Part shown: piece by piece, positions 50,685 through 60,438 of the stretch
Layout: every line of letters begins with the position of its first letter
Numbering within the stretch: position 1 is the first letter of the stretch
Program-made: the position numbers and the translations under genes
The notes under the pieces: model-generated
Database searches by the model: none
The model's input: only the letters and a program-made list of their open reading frames with translations
Told to the model about the DNA's origin: nothing
Assembly (NCBI GenBank): GCA_040772905.1
Contig: JAXGXJ010000010.1
Span: 26,701-90,700 of the forward strand
Length of the DNA: 64,000 nucleotides
Source of the DNA: Thermoleophilia bacterium
Lineage (GTDB): Bacteria; Actinomycetota; Thermoleophilia; RBG-16-64-13
Reading direction: 5' to 3'

Positions 50685-51395
50685 CTAGTCGCCGAAAGCC
50701 GGGCCTTGGTCATCGGCGTTGTTGCTGTACCCAGCGCTCTCCCAGTAGCCTCGGAAATCGGCATCGGACGAGAGCTCTATCCGAGTCACCCACTTGGCCC
50801 ACTTGTAGCCGAACTTCTGCTTGGCGACCACCTGGAAGGGGAAACCTCTCTCCGGGCTCAGGGTCACATCGTTCAACTTCAGGGCCAGCAGGATGTTGTT
50901 GTCTCGGATGTAGTCCAGATCGAGGGATGTGTATCCGCTCTCCACGTCCGCCGTATAGAATATGGCTACGACTGCCTCCGGCTTCACCCCGGCATCATCG
51001 AGGATCGCCGGGAGCGATGGGCCGGTCCACTTGGCAGTGAAACTCCACCCCTCGACACAGTTGAGATCCATCAACCAGGATTCCTGCCCGTAGGCCTGCA
51101 GGTCGGCGTAAGACAGAGAAAGTGGCTTCTCCACCAGGCCATCGACCACGAGCCGATAGGACTCCCTGTCGATGACTTGGCTGCCCCTCAATGCGTTGTT
51201 GCCCTGGTCTTCTATGGGGGTGAGCCTCACCCCGTGAAATTCGGTGGCTTCGACTTCTCCCGGCGTCTGGGTCGAGCTGACGGCGCTGCCCTGGGTGGGA
51301 GACGTAGTGCCGGCGCAGCCGGCAACGCCCAGGATCACGGCTGACGCCACCAGCGGCACGAGGAGCGAGCAGACGTGGAGGGCCCTTGATCTCAT
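50685..51395 (-). CDS. Molybdopterin-dependent oxidoreductase (sulfite-oxidase/YedY fold) lipoprotein
   Basis: ORF trimmed to MRSRALHVCSLLVPLVASAVILGVAGCAGT. YRLVVDGLVEKPLSLSYADLQ...LNCVEGWSFTAKWTGPSL...FPFQVVAKQKFGYKWAKWVTRIEL includes the Cys of the C-x-E-G-W motif. Confidence 0.8.
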   Translation of the reverse strand: MRSRALHVCSLLVPLVASAVILGVAGCAGTTSPTQGSAVSSTQTPGEVEATEFHGVRLTPIEDQGNNALRGSQVIDRESYRLVVDGLVEKPLSLSYADLQAYGQESWLMDLNCVEGWSFTAKWTGPSLPAILDDAGVKPEAVVAIFYTADVESGYTSLDLDYIRDNNILLALKLNDVTLSPERGFPFQVVAKQKFGYKWAKWVTRIELSSDADFRGYWESAGYSNNADDQGPAFGD

Positions 51396-51583
51396 AGTCA
51401 CCCCTTCCCGATCGCCGGAACATGGCACATGCGTACCCAGCGGACCCGGAAATGATGCCGTCGTCCACCGGCCTTGAGAAGGCCGAGAACCACTCTTGCC
51501 GACCCGGCGGAGCGACCGGCCGCTTGCGGTGGGGCTGCGCTCGGTGCGACACTGGTGCTTCTGATGAAGCGGTAGGGCTCCGG

Positions 51584-52002
51584 ATGGCGAAGCGGACCCT
51601 GACGCGCGCAAAGCGTGTGACATCCGCCGAAGAGGCAGGGGCGCGCGGACCAAAAAAAGCTGGCACTTCTCCTCATCAACGTCATCGGCGGCATCGCCGT
51701 CATCGGGAGCTACGTGTTCGGGCTGGAGGGAGACTCCGGAGCCGACGCGCTGTGGGGCGGGGTCCCGGAGGGCACGCGATCCATCTACGTGATCTCCATG
51801 GTGCTCTCGGCCATCGGGTATCTTGCTTTCTTGAACCTCCTGCTGCTGCGCGTGGACTCGAGGAATGTCCCCCCGTGCGGCCGCACTCCGGCCGGGGAAT
51901 CAGGGCAAGGCGTACTGGGCTGCTGTGGTCGGCAGTTGCTACTTCGCCTTCCACACCTTCGTGCTGGACGCGGTCCTCTGGGCTGCACTGTTCCAAGGCT
52001 GA
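51584..52002 (+). pseudogene. Small membrane protein interrupted at two homopolymer runs (real frameshifts or assembly errors)
   Basis: Frame 1 reads MAKRTLTRAKRVTSAEEAGARGPKK up to the A7 run (51652-51658). Frame 2 reads LALLLINVIGGIAVIGSYVFGLEGD...YVISMVLSAIGYLAFLNLLLLRVDSRNV up to the C6 run (51869-51874). Frame 3 reads ...NQGKAYWAAVVGSCYFAFHTFVLDAVLWAALFQG-stop at 52000-52002. Removing one base from each run restores a single ORF of about 138 aa. Confidence 0.4.
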
Positions 52003-52083
52003 TACTCCAGGGCTGCCCGAGAGTCGGCCGGCGCGCAGACTCCGGGACGGCGTCACTGCCGGCGTCGGGGGGGACGGAGGGTG

Positions 52084-52884
52084 TCAGGTCTTCTGCGCCT
52101 GGCAGTGCGGGCAGAAGTACGTGCTCCGCGCCATATCACCCTGAGCGAAGCGTTCGACGGGGGTTCCGCAGTCCAAGCAGGGCTTGCCTGCGCGCCCGTA
52201 CACCCAGAGACACCGGTCGGATGGCTCTGCGCGGCGCCGGAGCGGAACGGTGGTGCGGCGACTCGTGAGCAGGTTCAGACGCATGAGCCTGGCCGCCGTC
52301 TCGAAGAGGCGGGAGAGTTCCTCGTCGGACAGCTCGCGCACCTTCGCGCGCGGATGGACACGCACCTCGAAGAGCACCTCGCTCTTGTAGACGTTGCCGA
52401 TGCCGGCGGCGACACGCTGGTCGAGCAGCACATCCCCTATCTCGCGCTCGGCGTGACCGCCAAGCCGCACCCTTCTCACCACCTCTGCGATGTCCGGTGA
52501 ATCGGCAAGGAGGTCGGGGCCGAGGCGGGCAAGTCGCGGATGTGCACGCAGTGCCGAGGTACGCAGCAGCTCAGCCCGGTACGAGCGGCGGCATACGTAG
52601 GCGACCTCGCCGACGGTGATGACCACGGTCCAACCGGCAGGTCGACGTTCGCGGACATGTTTTCGCAGCCAGCTGCCGTGCATACCCAGGTGCACGCGAA
52701 GGGTCCAGTCCTCCGAGATGTGCACTAACAAGTGCTTGCCCACTGCCTCGACGCTCTCGATGGTGCATCCCGAGAGCTCAGACACCTTCCCCCGGTCGTT
52801 GAGCTCGATCTCGCTCAATGTCCGGCCGGGCAGCTCGGCGCCCAGCACTCGAGCGATACGGTGGACGGTGTCGCCTTCAGGCAT
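52084..52884 (-). CDS. nei: Fpg/Nei-family DNA glycosylase (endonuclease VIII-like)
   Basis: MPEGDTVH (catalytic Pro2/Glu3), H2TH region, C-terminal zinc finger CLDCGTPVERFAQGDMARSTYFCPHCQ. Confidence 0.88.
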   Translation of the reverse strand: MPEGDTVHRIARVLGAELPGRTLSEIELNDRGKVSELSGCTIESVEAVGKHLLVHISEDWTLRVHLGMHGSWLRKHVRERRPAGWTVVITVGEVAYVCRRSYRAELLRTSALRAHPRLARLGPDLLADSPDIAEVVRRVRLGGHAEREIGDVLLDQRVAAGIGNVYKSEVLFEVRVHPRAKVRELSDEELSRLFETAARLMRLNLLTSRRTTVPLRRRAEPSDRCLWVYGRAGKPCLDCGTPVERFAQGDMARSTYFCPHCQAQKT

Positions 52885-52944
52885 GGAGGTGGTCCCGGCG
52901 ATACCAGGCGCAGGCCGCGCCTCGAACAAGTCGCGTGCTCCAGA

Positions 52945-55900
52945 TCATGCAGTGATGCGCAGATAGCGATAGTCCCGGCGGAACCCGGCACGCTCGAGTC
53001 GAGGCACGAGGGGGGATGACAGCGCAGAGTCATCATCGATGCGCTCAAGCGTGATCGCGCCGCGCGGGCGGCAGCGCGCGATGTCGCGGAGAGCAGGCAG
53101 AGCGCGTTCGAGCTGTTCCTCGGCCACGTCCGCGAAGATACGCAGGCGCCGGGCGTTGCGGTCCAGGTACAGTACCGGCACGCCACCCACGAGTACGACG
53201 GCTGCACCCACGGCGCGTCGGGCGCCCAGAGTGCCGCGAGCCGGCAGCGCGCCGGTGGCGGCAGTCGTGGGGCCTCCACGACCGCCCGAGCCCGCGAACG
53301 GAGGCCAGGGCAGCAGCCAGCCGTACGGGTTGGCAGGATCCGCGGCGGCAAGAGCGACCACCTCGGCTTCTGCGTCTTCATCACTGACACGTCGCAGGCC
53401 GTCCACGGTGCCGGAGTAGGCGAACTGCGCGCCGCCGAGCCCCTCCACAAAATAGCCGCGCCGGATCTTGCCCGCTTCCTCCATGGAGCGCAGCACGCGA
53501 TACACGTTGCCAAAACCACCGCCCAAGGCCTCCACAGCGGCAGTCTCCTTGGCGACGATGCCATGTCGCTCGAGCAGAGTCACGCCCCAGGCGTACGCGC
53601 GCTCTGATGGGGCGACCGGGTCTCGGATGAGATCCCGCACCAGCGACCAGCGTCCGCCGAGAAAGGTCGGCATCTCGCGGGCACCGTGCCGCGGGAATCG
53701 CGGACGGTGAGTGTGTTGCGCCGGCCGGGAGCCACGCCGCGCTGCACGCGTGCGCAGCGCGGCGAACGTGTCGTTGGTGATGAGACCGGCCCACACCAGG
53801 TCCCAGATGGCATCGTGTGTGCGCTCGGGTCCGGCCTCAGCCAGCAGGGTCAGTAACTCCGCGTGGAACGAGGCGCCCCGCGCTTCCAGGTGGGCGAGCA
53901 GCAGGTGGTGACGATCATCGAAGTCGGCGCCTGCCTCGTCGACCGTTGCCGGGATCAGCAGTCGATCCACGCGGTCGCGACGAAACAGCATGATGCGACC
54001 GTCGTCGTTGCGCAAGGGCGAGTGTCCTACCCACACCAGCTGTCCCAGGGCGCCCAGCTCGTCGAGTCGCCCTTCATGGAAGTCGCGCACCCGCATGGGC
54101 AGGATCATGCGCACCAGTTCCTGATAGCTGAGTGGCAGGCCCTCGAGCTGGGCGATCGCGTCGATGAGCTTCTGGTGACGGTCGCCCGCCCCCACACGAT
54201 GCCACGAAGGAAGAAAACGGCCCAGCACCTCGCGCGGTACAGGCGATACCTGGCCGCGCAGCTTGGCTATGGTGCGCCGCTTGATCTGCCGCAGTACCTC
54301 CGGGTCGCACCATTCCTCGCCGTGCTCGCCCGGTCGGAACTCGCCGCGCAGCAGGCGCTGCTGCTGCGCGCCCGCCTCGAGCAACAGCTTCACCTGAGCC
54401 GGCACCATTCCGAAGCGCTCGGCCACCGCAGCTGCGGTGAAGGGGCCGTGGGTCCGCGCCCAGCGCAACAGCAGCATCTCCACCGGCTTCTCCTCGGTGG
54501 CGAGATAGGCAGCGGGTACTCCCGGGGGCGGCGCGGTGCCGAGCGCATCGCGGTACAGGGCGACGTCCTCCACAGCCAGCCACACGTCGCGCCCGGCCAC
54601 GCGCGTGGGGAACGCGCGCCGTGCCACTTCGAGTGTCTCCAGCCACTCTGAGGGTTCGCCATCGCTGCGCTCCCGCAGCTCGTCCAGCGACAGATCGCCC
54701 ACATGGCGCAGCACGTCGTGCAGTTCGCCGGCATTGCGGACGCGCCGGTGTGGCGCGCGACGTTGCAGGTGATCCTCGACTTCGTCCACGATGGCGGCAT
54801 CGAGGAACTCACGCAGATCAGCCTCCCCCAGCAACTCACGCAGCAACGAGAGATCCAGTGACAGGGCCTGAGCCCGGCGTTCAGCCGCGGGTGAGTCACC
54901 CTCGTACAGGTACGCAGCCACGTAGGCGAACACGAGCGAGCGCGCGAACGGCGACGCGGTGGCCGTCTCCACCTCGTGGATGCGCACCTCGCGCGCGATT
55001 GCGGCGCGCAGCACCTCCCGCAGCGCCGGCACGTCGAAGATGTCCTGCAGACAGGCGCGGTACGTTTCCATGACGATAGGGAACGCAGGGAACTGGAGCG
55101 CCACCGACATGAGCTTCTGCGCCCGCAGTCGCTGGGCGAACAGCGGCGTGCGCTGTCCGGGACGGCGGCGCGGGAGCAGCAGGGCACGAGCGGCGTTCTC
55201 GCGGAACTGCGACGCGAACAGCGGGGAGCGCGCCAGCTCGGCGATGATCCGCTCCTCGATCTCTTCGGGGTCGGGGACGAGCGAAGCGATGTCAGGAGGG
55301 TCGTCGCCATCGGCAAGGGTGAGCACGATGCCGTCATCGCTCCACACCGCCTGCACGTCGTACCCCACGCGCTCCGACGCGATCGAGCGCAGCACCAGTG
55401 CCCAGGGAGCATGCACCCGCGCACCGAACGGGCTGAGCACGCAGATGCGCCAGTCGCCCAGCTCATCCCGGAACCGCTCGATGACGATGTCGCGGTCGCT
55501 GGGCACCACGCCGGTAGCTTCACGTTGCTCCGCGAGATACCGCACCAGGTTGTCGGCTGCGCGGCTGTCGAGGCCGTACTCCTCCTGCAGCCGAGTGCGT
55601 GCCGCGGGCTCCTCGAGCTGCGCCATCTGCCGCGTGAACTCACCCATAGCTCGGCCGAGCTCGAGCGGACGCCCCGGACCCTCCCCGTGCCAGAAGGGCA
55701 GACGCCCCGTCTCGCCGGGCGCGGGCTCGACGATCACCCGGTCGCGGGTGATCTCCTGGATGCGCCATGTGGTCGCGCCGAGCGTGATCCTCTGGCCCGC
55801 CTGCGACTCGTGCACCATCTCCTCGTCCAACTCACCCACGCGCGGTCCGTCGGCGCCCATGTGTACCGTGAACAAGCCACGGTCCGGGATGGTGCCCGCG

Positions 55901-57516
55901 TTGACGGCGGCCAGCATGCGGGCCCCGCGCCGTCCACTGATGACGTCGCGTTCTCGATCCCACAGGATGCGCGGCCGCAACTCGGAGAAGTGATGCGAGG
56001 GATAGAGTCCGGCCAGCATGTCCAGCACAGCGGTCAGCGCCGTGTCCGGCAACTCCCGGAAGTCAGCGGCGCGGCGCACCAGCGCCGCCAGTTCGGGCAC
56101 GCGCCATTCCTGCACGCCTGCCATAGCGACGATGTGTTGGGCAAGCACGTCCAGGGGGTTCTTGGGAATACGGAGCGCCTCGATAGCGCCCATGCGCATG
56201 CGCTGCGCCACCACCGCGGCCTCGAGCAGGTCGCCGCGATGCTTGGGGAAGATCCGGCCGATGCTGGTCTCGCCCACACGGTGACCGGCGCGGCCGACAC
56301 GCTGCAGACCGCCGGCGACGGAGCCGGGCGACTCCACCAGGATGACCAGGTCAACCGCACCCATGTCGATGCCCAGCTCGAGCGAACTGGTGGCGACAAG
56401 GGCGCGCAACTCGCCCGACTTGAGCTGCTCCTCGATGACGCGGCGCTGCTCGTGAGCGAGGCTGCCGTGGTGGGCCCGCACCAGCTCCTCCCCCGCCTGC
56501 TCGTTCAGGTGCTGCGCCAGCCGCTCGCACAGGCCGCGGCTGTTGACGAAGATGAGCGTGGTGCGGTGCGCCCGCACCAACTGGAGCAGCCGCGGATACA
56601 CCGCCGGCCAGATGCCGTACTGCCGGTTGGTCTCGTCCTCTTCGGCGAGCATGAGCGAGCCCGAGGGACGGTCCGGCGGGAGTGTGGCATAGCCGCCATC
56701 CTCCGTCTCGACCACGGGGCGCGTCATGTCCTCCACCGGCACCACCACCTGCAGATCCAGATCGGGCGGGACATGCGCATCCACGACGGATACGGCCCGA
56801 TCGCCGCCCAGGAAGCGGGCGACTTCGTCGGCGGGGCGCGCGGTGGCAGAGAGTCCGATGCGCTGCGGATCGGTGTCGCACAGTGCCGTCAGCCGTTCCA
56901 GCGAGAGCGCCAAGTGCGCGCCGCGCTTGGTGGCGGCGAGCGCGTGGATCTCGTCCACGATGATCCAGCGCACCGTGCGCAGGTTCTCGCGCGCCTGCGA
57001 GCCCAGCAGCAGGAAGAGCGACTCCGGCGTGGTGACGAGGATCTCCCCAGGCTCACGCAACTGACGACGACGCTCCTGAGGAGTCGTGTCGCCGGTGCGG
57101 ATATCCACCCGCGGCAGTCGCAGTGCGACGTCGCCGCCGGCAGCGGCACGGGCGATCCCGGCCAGGGGTGCGCGCAGGTTGCGCTCTATGTCATACACCA
57201 ACGCCTTGAGGGGCGACACGTAGACCACGCGCGCACCAGGCTGCGCCACCGACTCGCCAGCCGCCCCAACACGCCCTGCCCCGGCGTGCGTCGGCTCAGG
57301 CCCGGCCTGGGCCGGCCCGGTGCGCTCCTTGCCGGCGTAGGCCAGTCGGTCGAGCGCGTAGAGGAAGGCGGCGAGCGTCTTGCCGCTCCCCGTTGGGGCG
57401 ATCAGAAGGGTGTGGTCGCCCGCGTGGATACGCTCCCAGCCGAGGCGCTGTACCTCGGTGGGCGCGGCGAACGCGTTGCTGAACCACTGCTGGGTGGCGG
57501 GCCCGAAGAACTGCAT
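52945..57516 (-). CDS. lhr: Lhr-family large ATP-dependent DEAH-box helicase
   Basis: 1523 aa. MQFFGPATQQWFSNAFAAPTEVQ...LIAPTGSGKTLAAF (motif I), IVDEIHAL (DEIH), and the Lhr WH/beta-barrel and long C-terminal extension. The linkage to nei matches the arrangement known in mycobacteria. Confidence 0.9.
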   Translation of the reverse strand: MQFFGPATQQWFSNAFAAPTEVQRLGWERIHAGDHTLLIAPTGSGKTLAAFLYALDRLAYAGKERTGPAQAGPEPTHAGAGRVGAAGESVAQPGARVVYVSPLKALVYDIERNLRAPLAGIARAAAGGDVALRLPRVDIRTGDTTPQERRRQLREPGEILVTTPESLFLLLGSQARENLRTVRWIIVDEIHALAATKRGAHLALSLERLTALCDTDPQRIGLSATARPADEVARFLGGDRAVSVVDAHVPPDLDLQVVVPVEDMTRPVVETEDGGYATLPPDRPSGSLMLAEEDETNRQYGIWPAVYPRLLQLVRAHRTTLIFVNSRGLCERLAQHLNEQAGEELVRAHHGSLAHEQRRVIEEQLKSGELRALVATSSLELGIDMGAVDLVILVESPGSVAGGLQRVGRAGHRVGETSIGRIFPKHRGDLLEAAVVAQRMRMGAIEALRIPKNPLDVLAQHIVAMAGVQEWRVPELAALVRRAADFRELPDTALTAVLDMLAGLYPSHHFSELRPRILWDRERDVISGRRGARMLAAVNAGTIPDRGLFTVHMGADGPRVGELDEEMVHESQAGQRITLGATTWRIQEITRDRVIVEPAPGETGRLPFWHGEGPGRPLELGRAMGEFTRQMAQLEEPAARTRLQEEYGLDSRAADNLVRYLAEQREATGVVPSDRDIVIERFRDELGDWRICVLSPFGARVHAPWALVLRSIASERVGYDVQAVWSDDGIVLTLADGDDPPDIASLVPDPEEIEERIIAELARSPLFASQFRENAARALLLPRRRPGQRTPLFAQRLRAQKLMSVALQFPAFPIVMETYRACLQDIFDVPALREVLRAAIAREVRIHEVETATASPFARSLVFAYVAAYLYEGDSPAAERRAQALSLDLSLLRELLGEADLREFLDAAIVDEVEDHLQRRAPHRRVRNAGELHDVLRHVGDLSLDELRERSDGEPSEWLETLEVARRAFPTRVAGRDVWLAVEDVALYRDALGTAPPPGVPAAYLATEEKPVEMLLLRWARTHGPFTAAAVAERFGMVPAQVKLLLEAGAQQQRLLRGEFRPGEHGEEWCDPEVLRQIKRRTIAKLRGQVSPVPREVLGRFLPSWHRVGAGDRHQKLIDAIAQLEGLPLSYQELVRMILPMRVRDFHEGRLDELGALGQLVWVGHSPLRNDDGRIMLFRRDRVDRLLIPATVDEAGADFDDRHHLLLAHLEARGASFHAELLTLLAEAGPERTHDAIWDLVWAGLITNDTFAALRTRAARRGSRPAQHTHRPRFPRHGAREMPTFLGGRWSLVRDLIRDPVAPSERAYAWGVTLLERHGIVAKETAAVEALGGGFGNVYRVLRSMEEAGKIRRGYFVEGLGGAQFAYSGTVDGLRRVSDEDAEAEVVALAAADPANPYGWLLPWPPFAGSGGRGGPTTAATGALPARGTLGARRAVGAAVVLVGGVPVLYLDRNARRLRIFADVAEEQLERALPALRDIARCRPRGAITLERIDDDSALSSPLVPRLERAGFRRDYRYLRITA

Positions 57517-57548
57517 GTTGCAACGATACCCGTCAGTCGTCGGCGCGG

Positions 57549-57902
57549 CTACGTGTCCGGTGCTCTCCGTTGCCGTTCCAGGGCCGCCGCCATGCCGAAC
57601 GCATGGAAGTACCCATGCCAGGCCTGGTCGGACGACCCGAATTCGTTCGGACCGAAGAAGTAATCGAGGAGTGCCTCCCGCAGACGGGTGAGTTCCTTCA
57701 GGCGCTGCAGATGGCGAGGGTCACCGATGGTAAGGCTGAGGAGCTCCAGGCCACGGAGGACGGCGTTGGCGCTGAGGTCCATCCGGCCCTTGCCCGACCA
57801 CTTCATGGCTCGCTCGATCTCGCTTCCCACATTGGCGAGCTGCTCCAACAGTGACAGAGACTGCCATCGAGCTTCGGTCAGTTCAGTGTGAAGGGCGCTC
57901 AT
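57549..57902 (-). CDS. Conserved hypothetical all-helical protein of 117 aa
   Basis: LSLLEQLANVGSEIERAMKW...LRGLELLSLTIGDPRHLQRLKELTRLREALLDYFFG. ATGA overlap with the upstream gene. It lies 33 nt upstream of lhr. Confidence 0.6.
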   Translation of the reverse strand: MSALHTELTEARWQSLSLLEQLANVGSEIERAMKWSGKGRMDLSANAVLRGLELLSLTIGDPRHLQRLKELTRLREALLDYFFGPNEFGSSDQAWHGYFHAFGMAAALERQRRAPDT

Positions 57903-58240
57903 CTGAGCACCAGGGAGTCCACGATGTCGCGGATGCGCCTGCGCACTTCGGGATCATCCACCCCGCGCGACCGGTTTCCCTGAGAGGGACGGATGTTGAT
58001 CATGGAATCGAATTCGATCCATTCATCGGCGGGCAGGTCAGGATAAAGATTGATCCCCCAGAGATCGGTCTGCTTCGACCCATGCTCCAGAAGCAGCGCC
58101 TCCTCGTCGGAATGGAGATCGGCGTCGACCGCCATGTTCCTCAGCCGGATGTCGACGACCGCTTTGACCAGATCGCCGAACCGGTCTTCCGCCATCGCCC
58201 GCAGTTCAGCCATGGAGATGCTCGTGTCGACGATCTTCAT
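57899..58240 (-). CDS. Hypothetical protein, DUF5674-like
   Basis: ORF trimmed to MKIVDTSISMAELRAMAEDRFGDLVKAVVDI...LHSDEEALLLEHGSKQTDLWGINLYPD...FDSMINIRPSQGNRSRGVDDP. The DUF5674 assignment is from memory of that family. Confidence 0.55.
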   Translation of the reverse strand: MKIVDTSISMAELRAMAEDRFGDLVKAVVDIRLRNMAVDADLHSDEEALLLEHGSKQTDLWGINLYPDLPADEWIEFDSMINIRPSQGNRSRGVDDPEVRRRIRDIVDSLVLR

Positions 58241-58623
58241 CGGCCGACTGTAGCACACGCCGTAAGACAGCCGGCGACCTCTCTGCCACACCCAGGGCGG
58301 CGAGTGCCCACACGACCCAGAGGCCGCTGCCCTGACGGGATAGAGTGAGAGTCGACCGCCCCGGCGAGAAGGATCGTATGGATCTGACCATCAAGTCGTC
58401 GTTCATCGACAAGTGGGACCGCTATTTCCCCGGCGGGGGACTCCCCATAGCCTGCTTCTATTCGGACGAGCTCAGGCGCGGGCCTTCAATAGGGACGATG
58501 CCTCGTTCATGAATACGTACGTCTGGGAAGATGTCCGAAAGCGCTTCAGACCCTCCTGAGGGCGGGCAGGACCGACTCGGCCCTCGGCCGTCGAGCGCGA
58601 GGAAGCCGCTCGGGGGCGCGGCC

Positions 58624-58938
58624 CTACCTCAGTCTCACCGCCGTCCCGTAGGCGAGTATCTCGGATGCTTGGGCCATCACCATGGAGGTGGTGAAGCGCA
58701 CGCAGATGATGGCATCGGCTCCCAGTCCCTGCGCTTGCGCGATCATGCGGTCGATGGCCTGCTCCCGGCTCTCGCCCATGAGCTTGGTGTATTCGGTGAT
58801 CTCGCCGCCCACGATGTTGCGCAGACCTGCCACGATGTCTTTGCCCACGTGGCGAGCCCTGATGGTGTTGCCACGGACGACTCCCAGTATCTCCTCCACC
58901 TCGCGCCCCGGTACGTTCTCGGCCGTGCTCAGGATCAT
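58624..58938 (-). CDS. YbjQ/UPF0145-family protein
   Basis: MILSTAENVPGREVEEILGVVRGNTIRARHVGKDIVAGLRNIVGGEI..YT.L....REQAIDRMIAQAQGLGADAIICVRF. ATGA overlap with the anti-sigma gene. Confidence 0.8.
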   Translation of the reverse strand: MILSTAENVPGREVEEILGVVRGNTIRARHVGKDIVAGLRNIVGGEITEYTKLMGESREQAIDRMIAQAQGLGADAIICVRFTTSMVMAQASEILAYGTAVRLR

Positions 58939-59384
58939 CTCTTGACCTCCCTGTATGGATCTCTCTTCCAGACGAATATGCGCTCCCTGATCACCGAGAC
59001 CAGGAGTATTGCCACACCCACACACACGGCGCCGATCGCGGCACGGATCCACCAGGCCAGCTCGGCCGCCGAGACCAAGAACACCACCAGTTCATAGAGA
59101 CCGTATCCCACCAATACCGCGGCACCCACGGATAGCAGGATCCAGCCGACCCTGCGCTCCAGTCGGTTGTAGGTGCGCTCGCGGTAGTGATCCCAGGCAT
59201 CGTCAGGCAGTTCTCGCAGCCTCATGCCGGCCACCACGCTCTTCATGCTCTGCACCTCCTGCAGTTCCTCGCGAAGCCCGGGGTCGCGCGCCAGTTCCTC
59301 CTCGAACGCTCTGCGCTCCTCGGGTTCCAGTTCGTCGTCCACGTAGGCGCTCACGTAGGGTGTCCAGTCTCTAGGCATCGCCAT
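58935..59384 (-). CDS. Membrane anti-sigma factor
   Basis: The N-terminal YVSAYVDDELEPEERRAFEEELARDPGLREEL anti-sigma motif, two C-terminal TM helices, and a 14-nt overlap with the sigma gene. Confidence 0.75.
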   Translation of the reverse strand: MAMPRDWTPYVSAYVDDELEPEERRAFEEELARDPGLREELQEVQSMKSVVAGMRLRELPDDAWDHYRERTYNRLERRVGWILLSVGAAVLVGYGLYELVVFLVSAAELAWWIRAAIGAVCVGVAILLVSVIRERIFVWKRDPYREVKR

Positions 59385-59970
59385 ACCCCCAGGGTTCCTG
59401 GCTCGTTAGCACGGGTTCCAGTTGCCGGCGCAGCTTCTGCCGCGCCTCGTGAAGGCGGCTCATGACGGTGCCACGAGGGATCTCGAGGAGGGCCGAGATC
59501 TCAGCATAGGTGAGCTCCTGGAACTCCCTCAATATGAGGATCTCCCGGTGGCTGTGATCGAGCCGTCGAAGTGTCTGCCACACCTGACGGCGGAGTTCTT
59601 CGCGTTCCGCGTGCTGCTCCGGCGTCGGCCCGACCTGCTCGATCCCCTCCCGATCCACCAACGGCACCTCATGCCGCCGAGCGGCGCTGGCCATGTGGTT
59701 GAGGCACAGGTTCTTGAGGATCCTGTGATACCAGGGGAAGAAGGGTCTGCTGGCATCGAACGAGCGGATGGACCGGTACGCACGAGCGAAGGCTTCCTGC
59801 GACAGGTCGAGGGCATCCTGCTGGCTGCCTGTCCACCCGAGGGCGAACGCCGTCGCCTGTCGCATGTAGCGCAGCACTATGGGATCGAAGGACGCCCTGT
59901 CGCCCTGCTGGCAACGCACGAGCAGGGCGCCCTCATCCAACGTGCCGAACTCCGCCTGCGCCTGCAACAT
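59371..59970 (-). CDS. ECF-type RNA polymerase sigma factor
   Basis: Region 2 (DALDLSQEAFARAYRSIRSFD...PWYHRILKNLCLNH) and region 4 (REILILREFQELTYAEISALLEIPRGTVMSRLHEARQKLR). Confidence 0.88.
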   Translation of the reverse strand: MLQAQAEFGTLDEGALLVRCQQGDRASFDPIVLRYMRQATAFALGWTGSQQDALDLSQEAFARAYRSIRSFDASRPFFPWYHRILKNLCLNHMASAARRHEVPLVDREGIEQVGPTPEQHAEREELRRQVWQTLRRLDHSHREILILREFQELTYAEISALLEIPRGTVMSRLHEARQKLRRQLEPVLTSQEPWGYGDA

Positions 59971-60438
59971 CCGACTCCTTGGTCTTCGCCTGCCTCTTCA
60001 CAGGGTAGTACAGGATAGGTGGGCAGGATATTCGCCGAAGCTCACCGAGCACGGACAACGGTACTCTCGCCTCCATGTCGCCGGCGGGCTGATCGAGGAT
60101 CAGCAGCATCGGACCGTGAACAAGAGCTGCCACCGACATGGCCCTACGCCCGGTGAGGACCCTGGAGATGAACCCACCGGCCTGAAGGACGTGGACGGCG
60201 TTCACCACCGCCCGGATGGTGACGGCCGTCCACCGATGCGCGCAGCCGTCCCGCAGCGTGGCACGTACATCTGTTGCGGAGAAGCCGGCTCCGGATTAGC
60301 ATTTCATGTAGATAGTAGACAGTGGAGGCTCCGTTTCGAGCCCGGCTCCCGATCCCGAGGACCTCTCCCCGCTTCGCTCGCCTGGCTCGGTGGATACTCC
60401 AACACCGGTAGGTCGTGTGCGTCTCGGAAGGAGGGGTC

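Noticed and set aside
54976-57663. 895-aa ORF on the plus strand, plus several 100-400 aa ORFs between 53 and 57 kb
   Set aside because: All are antisense to or out of frame with lhr, which carries clear helicase motifs. Their translations are Arg/Ala/Pro-rich with no motifs.
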